A program made the translations under genes and the position numbers. A stretch of 26,058 bases of DNA from Octopus sinensis (Eukaryota). Below are positions 20,904-26,058 of the stretch, piece after piece (position 1 is the first letter of the stretch; the number at the start of each line of letters is the position of its first letter). The stretch covers positions 1 to 26,058 of the forward strand of contig NW_021835633.1 of the NCBI RefSeq assembly GCF_006345805.1, given 5' to 3'. The notes under the pieces are model-generated. The model saw only the letters and a program-made list of their open reading frames with translations. It searched no databases and had not been told where the DNA came from.

Positions 20904-21082
20904 ATCAAACGATTCTTTTCTCTTGCCTCGTCTTATAAATACTGGTTTCTTGGCCTGGCATAAGTCCAAGGACAACGGACAGCGGCTTAGATCCCGACGA
21001 AGAGTTGGTTGATATCTTGCCCAATCGACCCCTTAATTGATCAATATCATTTCCCTTTGTCAATCTACACACTACCTTTCAG

Positions 21083-21273
21083 TGATGTAAGGAATCCATC
21101 GAAGGGTGACGAACCTGAAGCATGCTACTTATTTTCGGCGACAAGATATACGGCGCTCCAATATAACAATCGGCTCCAGTACTTCACCAATAGTTTGTGT
21201 TATCAACGCTTACCTGCTGAGGGAGGAAATGCGAAGTCAGCCGTCAAGAAATTTGAAATCAAAACATTTCGAA
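21083..21273 (+). CDS. Candidate internal coding exon (191 nt, phase 2 to phase 1) of an unrecognised protein
   Basis: Acceptor CCTTTCAG| is preceded by about 77 nt without AG; donor GAA|GTGAGA. Only one frame is open: DVRNPSKGDEPEACYLFSATRYTALQYNNRLQYFTNSLCYQRLPAEGGNAKSAVKKFEIKTFR. No homology recognised. Confidence 0.5.
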
Positions 21274-21398
21274 GTGAGAACAGTAAAGACCTACCGCTCT
21301 ACCGATTCCGCCGATCCACCACGCTTCTCTTTCGGGACACACTTCAGTGGCTTTTGAAATGCTGCTATCATTAAATACACTACCATTATATATATCTA

Positions 21399-21551
21399 AG
21401 GCGCAGAAGTGGTTGTGTGGTAAATGCTTGCTTTCCAAACACATGGTTCTGAGTTCAATCCCACTGCATGGCACCTCGGGTATCTTCTACTATAATCTTG
21501 TGAGTGGATTTGATAAGACAGAAACTGAAAAAAGCCCGTCGTATATATCTA

Positions 21552-21588
<37 letters not shown>

Positions 21589-21805
21589 TTGTATCTGTGT
21601 TTGTTCCCCACCATCGTTTGATAACCGATGTTGGTGTGTTTACATCCCCGTAACCTAGTGATTCGACAAAGGAGACCGATAGAATAAGTACTAGGCTTAC
21701 AAAGGATAAGTCTTGGGGGCGATTTGTTCGACTACAGGCGGTGCTCCATCATGGCCGCAGTCAAACGACTGAAACAAGTAAAAGGATGAAAGAATAAAAA
21801 GAATA
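21399..21805 (+). mobile_element. Near full-length family A SINE with small internal deletions
   Basis: Collinear with 14963-15430, including the internal (TG)n and the GGCGGTGCTCCA.CATGGCCGCAGTC 3' end. Confidence 0.9.
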
Positions 21806-21825
21806 GTAGAGAATACGGGTCAACA

Positions 21826-21990
21826 GAGGATATGGTTGCGTAGTTAATAAGTTCTCTTCGCAACCAAGTGTTTTCTGGTTCGATCCCACAGCGCGGTACT
21901 TTGGGCAAATGTCTTGTACCGTAGTTTCAAGTTGAGATACACATGAGTTTTGGTAGATTGAAAACTGTGCTGAAGACTACCGAATATGTA
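21826..21990 (+). mobile_element. Older 5' half of a family A SINE
   Basis: GGTTCGATCCCACAGCGCGGTACTTTGGGCAAATGTCTT (B box plus CORE-like segment). Confidence 0.7.
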
Positions 21991-22170
21991 GGGTGTTGAA
22001 AATGTCCCTTTGCAATGATCGTTTACTAAATATCATTCAACGGTCTTTCTCCCTTTGGTCTCGTTCTCTATTTCTTCATGCTTAATGTTGAAATCTCAGA
22101 TTTTCGTGAAATATCTGTAACAGAGAAAAACATAAGAGATTTTATTCTAAAAAGAAATGTATTTTATTGC

Positions 22171-22431
22171 GTCTGGGGAGAGTCATTTTCTTTTTGTGCC
22201 TTATTATTTAACACACTCACCGGTAAAATTTCCACTTTTTTCTTATTTTTATTTTCCTAAAATTTTCGTTGCGTCTCGCAACCTTTTCAATAGTTTTGAC
22301 TCTCAAAACTACCGAAAAGGTTGCAAGACGCAACGAAAATTTTAGGAAAATAAAAATAAGAAAAAAGTGGAAATTTTACCGGTGAGTGTGTTAAATAATA
22401 AGGCACAAAAAGAAAATGACTCTCCCCAGAC
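22171..22431. repeat. Long near-perfect palindrome (129-bp arms, 3-nt loop)
   Basis: 22171-22299 versus the reverse complement of 22303-22431 match at 126/129 positions, checked base by base. Confidence 0.98.
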
Positions 22432-22549
22432 ACAACAGAATATGCTTCAGCACACGAACACATATAAAGAATCTTGCAAACCAAATCCAAAAACGAAATA
22501 AATGTATTTTAATTTTCTTAAAAACCATTAAACACGCACACATGGGCAC

Positions 22550-22898
22550 TGACACGCACCCACACGCACACACACATGCACACACACTACATACACACAT
22601 ATGTATGTATATGTGTATATACATATACGTTCATATATAGACACAGGTGTATGTAAATATATATATATGTATATATATATATGTGTGTCTATATGTATGT
22701 ATGGATGTATATATATATATATATTTATTTATTTGTAGTTCCAATGTTTCATATTCGAGGTTCCGGTGAAGCACTGAATTGAGTCCGCACTTGTATTGGG
22801 CAGCAGAAACAGTTCTAACCTAGCAGAGTTCATAAGATAATCGTTTATTCCTTCGTCATTTCATTTTCCTGGACACACACGCGCACGCACACACACAT

Positions 22899-22952
<54 letters not shown>

Positions 22953-22982
22953 CACACACACACACAACACACACACACACAA
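22550..22982. repeat. (CA)n and (TA)n microsatellites
   Basis: Seen directly (22550-22725; 22870-22982). Confidence 0.9.
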
Positions 22983-23142
22983 ATGCTCACATAAAATGTA
23001 GCCTGAAACGGTAAAGAAGGATGATATAGAGAAGGCCGGTAGACCTTAAAGAAGGTCTCTTCATTTTCTTTAGAGTAGAGTGAAGTCTAACAACCTAAAC
23101 GATAAATCTGGCTGTCCTGACTCCTTGCATCATATTCTACAG

Positions 23143-23246
23143 GCGTTCCGCGGGGGAACATGAGCGACGATGATTTTCTGTGTAGAGTACTCCATGCTTT
23201 TGGTTGTCTTTACGACAGATACCAGTTCCGTTTCAAAAATAAATAA
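23143..23246 (+). CDS. Candidate exon with a strong acceptor and uncertain 3' end
   Basis: CCTGAC branch-like site and pyrimidine tract ending CTACAG|. Only the phase-1 frame is open: VPRGNMSDDDFLCRVLHAFGCLYDRYQFRFKNK* (TAA at 23244-23246, overlapping AATAAA). Confidence 0.3.
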
Positions 23247-23842
23247 ACAAATAACAATGGTTGCCTTCCCCCCCCCTTTATCAATGAAAAGAGGTAAATC
23301 GAGTTTGCATCCATATGTTTGTTTCTTGACGATGTTGTTGGACAAGTTTATAAAAGTCTATAAATCATCGTAATTAGCAAAAAAGTATTTCGTCTGCTTT
23401 GGCCAATGTTAGTTTATTTTGGAGATTGAATTTTATTGAGCCCTACATGAATCTAAGTCTCCCCGCTCTCTATTACCATTGCTTAACAAAAGAAAATGTT
23501 GCTGACTTGAGTCGATATAAGTTGGAACCTCTGTTGTCGCACACCTTGCTGAGAAAATATGAAGCACCGAAGCAAATGGTACATAGAATCTTTCCGGCCA
23601 ATCCGCCTCCCTGGATATGTGTTTTAACTTAATACATTTAAGAATTTTATCGGCCCCTTAATTATCAATACAAGTACCCCCACGGGGTAGCCTATCTTCT
23701 AGTAACGAGAAACACTGCTCTAGGTGTCGAGGTGCAGTATTTTCAGGAGAAATTTCAATCTTTGAAGTAGAAGTCTGAATGCATAGCTTTCAGTGTAGGA
23801 AATAAATGCTACAGATAATGGTATGAAATGGTACTGTTTCAG

Positions 23843-23989
23843 GCGATAGTTGTGCCCTGTGGGGTGACAACATCCAAGAGAAACCCACCCAATGTTCTAA
23901 ACTTGCTTACTTGAGCAGTGGCGTCGAAAAAGAAATAAAATATCCGGCTGATAAATCCTTCGCGAAGATCGCAGTGCCACATACCTTTG
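23843..23989 (+). CDS. Candidate symmetric phase 1-1 coding exon (147 nt) of an unrecognised protein
   Basis: Acceptor GTTTCAG|GC and strong donor TTG|GTAAGG. Only one frame is open: DSCALWGDNIQEKPTQCSKLAYLSSGVEKEIKYPADKSFAKIAVPHTF. It is missed by the ORF track because it has no ATG. Confidence 0.55.
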
Positions 23990-24642
23990 GTAAGGAAGGC
24001 CAAGAATATTTTCGTTTCTTGGCGCCAGCGGACGATGTACTGGGATGAAAATGAGTAAATTTATGCTGTTTCATTTCCGAAAAAGCCCCCATGAACCTTT
24101 TAAGACTTCCAAGTAACAATGAAAGGGTAAAGGGATAGGGTAGAAATAACTGATGCCCTCATATAAATTTACTGAAAGGTTCCATTCGGGATTTAGTCAG
24201 CGCCCAAACCTTTGAGTAGAGTGCCAGTGGCCTTCAAAGACCAAAGCTATTCCATCCATGTTTGTATGTTAGAACTACATCATTCTATTTGTCACTCTCT
24301 CTCTCTTTTTAAGACAATGCGATTTAATAAAATTTGATTGCTATATACAGCAGAAATTGTTAAAAGGTCCCCGCATTTCGATAAGTTTTTACAAAGCTGA
24401 TAACGATGGGGAAACATAATCTGACTGATAGGAAAAAAAGGAACTGAGTAAACCTGTGAGTAAAATGTGAAAGGGGAAAAAAGCCATCACCAGTTATACA
24501 CAACGATCCTGCTTTAATATAAAGACGCACTATGACACATACCCGTACTTATCTTTACCCATCCACCCTGAATTTCCTGTCTCGCAAACTCCTTCACTCT
24601 CTCTCTCTCTCCAGCATTCACAGGACATAGGTTTAGGTTTAA

Positions 24643-25060
24643 TCTTTTATTTGTTTATTTGTTTCAGTCATTAGACTACGGCCATGCTGGGGTACTGCCT
24701 TGGAAATTTTAGTCGAATGAATCGAGCCCTAAGCTTCTTTTTCAAACCTGGTACTTATTTTATCAGTCACTTCTGCATAGCCGCTAAGTTACGGGAATGC
24801 AAACAAACAATACCGGTTGTCAAGCGGTGGTGGTGGTGGGGGATACAAACACAGAAAGACACATACATAGATATACATTAATATTTATATATGGGAGGCT
24901 TCTTTCAGTTTCCCTTTACCAGATTCATCACAAGGCTTTGGTCGGCCTGAAGGGTTGTAGCAGAGGACAGTTGCATAAGGTGCGAATCAGTGGTACTGAA
25001 CCTTGAACCATGTGGCTGGGAAAGAGCAAGCTTCTTACCACAGAACCACGCCAGCGCCTA
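24643..25060 (-). mobile_element. Full-length but diverged family A SINE
   Basis: GTTTCAGTCATTAGACTACGGCCATGCTGG (3' end) through CTTCTTACCACAGAACCACGCCAGCGCCTA (head). Confidence 0.88.
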
Positions 25061-25079
25061 ACAACTCAGCCACGATGTG

Positions 25080-25221
25080 TGAGGAGTGTGTGTGTATATA
25101 TATATATATATATGTTTATGCATACATATATATGTTTAATTATTTTATATATATATGTATATATATATATATATATTATAATTAAACATATATATCTATG
25201 TATAAACATATATTTATATAT

Positions 25222-25253
<32 letters not shown>

Positions 25254-25268
25254 TATAATATATAATAT

Positions 25269-25338
<70 letters not shown>

Positions 25339-25362
25339 ATGTATGTATGTGTATGTATATAT

Positions 25363-25394
<32 letters not shown>
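25080..25394. repeat. (TA)n-rich microsatellite
   Basis: Seen directly. Confidence 0.95.
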
Positions 25395-25577
25395 CCGGAG
25401 GTAAACACATAAATGTGAAACAAGGTGGAAAAAAGAGTACTCAAATACCAGTGGTAGAGTAATGTGCTTTATTTAAAGCAGCAGAAAATTCAACAAAACC
25501 TGTTACTCTGAGTTTCCCGTTGCAACGGGAAACTCAGAGTAACAGGTTTTGTTGAATTTTCTGCTGATTAAATAAAG
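25395..25577. repeat. Asymmetric fold-back insert containing an 88-bp perfect palindrome
   Basis: 25479-25566 is self-complementary with no loop (centre GTTG|CAAC) and extends imperfectly to 25467-25577. The insert is flanked by (TA)n on both sides. Confidence 0.95.
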
Positions 25578-25622
<45 letters not shown>

Positions 25623-25625
<3 letters not shown>

Positions 25626-25830
25626 TAAGCCCTCGCCATATCGCGGTTCACCTATCGTGATTTATTATTTAAGCTAACGTCGATTTTGCATTTATAATAA
25701 AATAAATATATACAAATTATTAAAATAATTTTTTAAAATATACAGTACAGTACTGTTTCTACTTCGAGGATTTTCACCTATCGTAGGGTGGTTTTGGAAA
25801 GTAACACCCGCGATAGTCGAGGGATTACTG
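25623..25830 (+). mobile_element. Complete 208-bp pogo/Tigger-like MITE
   Basis: TIRs CAGTAAGCCCTCG / CGAGGGATTACTG match at 12/13 positions; TA duplication at 25621-25622 and 25831-25832; non-coding interior; second partial copy at 659-739. Confidence 0.9.
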
Positions 25831-25900
25831 TATGTATGTATGTAGTATGTATGTATGTATGTATGTATGTATGTATGTATGTATGTATGTATATATGTAT
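25831..25900. repeat. (TATG)n microsatellite
   Basis: Seen directly. Confidence 0.95.
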
Positions 25901-26058
25901 GCATGCACTACGTATTTGTGTGTATGTGAGTCAGTGTGTATCTGTATATATCTGCATTATATTACTCCGTGTTTGATATCGTGTTCTGTATGTTTCTGTT
26001 CAAATAATTCTATATCCACATTGGAGTATAACATTGCAATATAGAACATGTTTCTCCT

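Noticed and set aside
22305-22350. Hairpin GTTGC-AAGAC-GCAAC followed by GAAA inside the large palindrome (hammerhead stem II-like)
   Set aside because: No CUGANGA (only CTACCGA/CTATTGA) and no stem I, so it is not called a ribozyme.
1-26058. CRISPR array, bona fide tRNA genes, operon-like prokaryotic systems or intact LINE ORFs
   Set aside because: None seen. tRNA-like boxes belong to SINE heads that do not fold into full cloverleaves, and tandem repeats lack unique spacers.

Overview
AT-rich, intron/intergenic-type eukaryotic DNA, dominated by microsatellites and dispersed repeats. The SINE families and repeat density suggest an octopus/coleoid cephalopod genome (inference from recalled repeat sequences, not a database search). 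Most ORFs in the supplied track are microsatellite artefacts. Supportable content: (i) about 20 tRNA-derived SINE copies or fragments in at least 3 families plus a fourth old repeat family; (ii) three decayed Tc1/mariner transposases, mariner-type terminal fragments and a complete pogo/Tigger-like MITE; (iii) a deleted 5S rRNA pseudogene; (iv) a probable Penelope-like 3' remnant with a degenerate hammerhead-ribozyme core; (v) two long fold-back palindromes (129-bp arms at 22171-22431; 88-bp perfect palindrome at 25479-25566); (vi) two or three candidate + strand coding exons of an unrecognised gene (21083-21273, 23143-?, 23843-23989) with compatible splice phases, bracketed by inverted SINE pairs. 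No intact transposase, CRISPR array or complete gene is visible.
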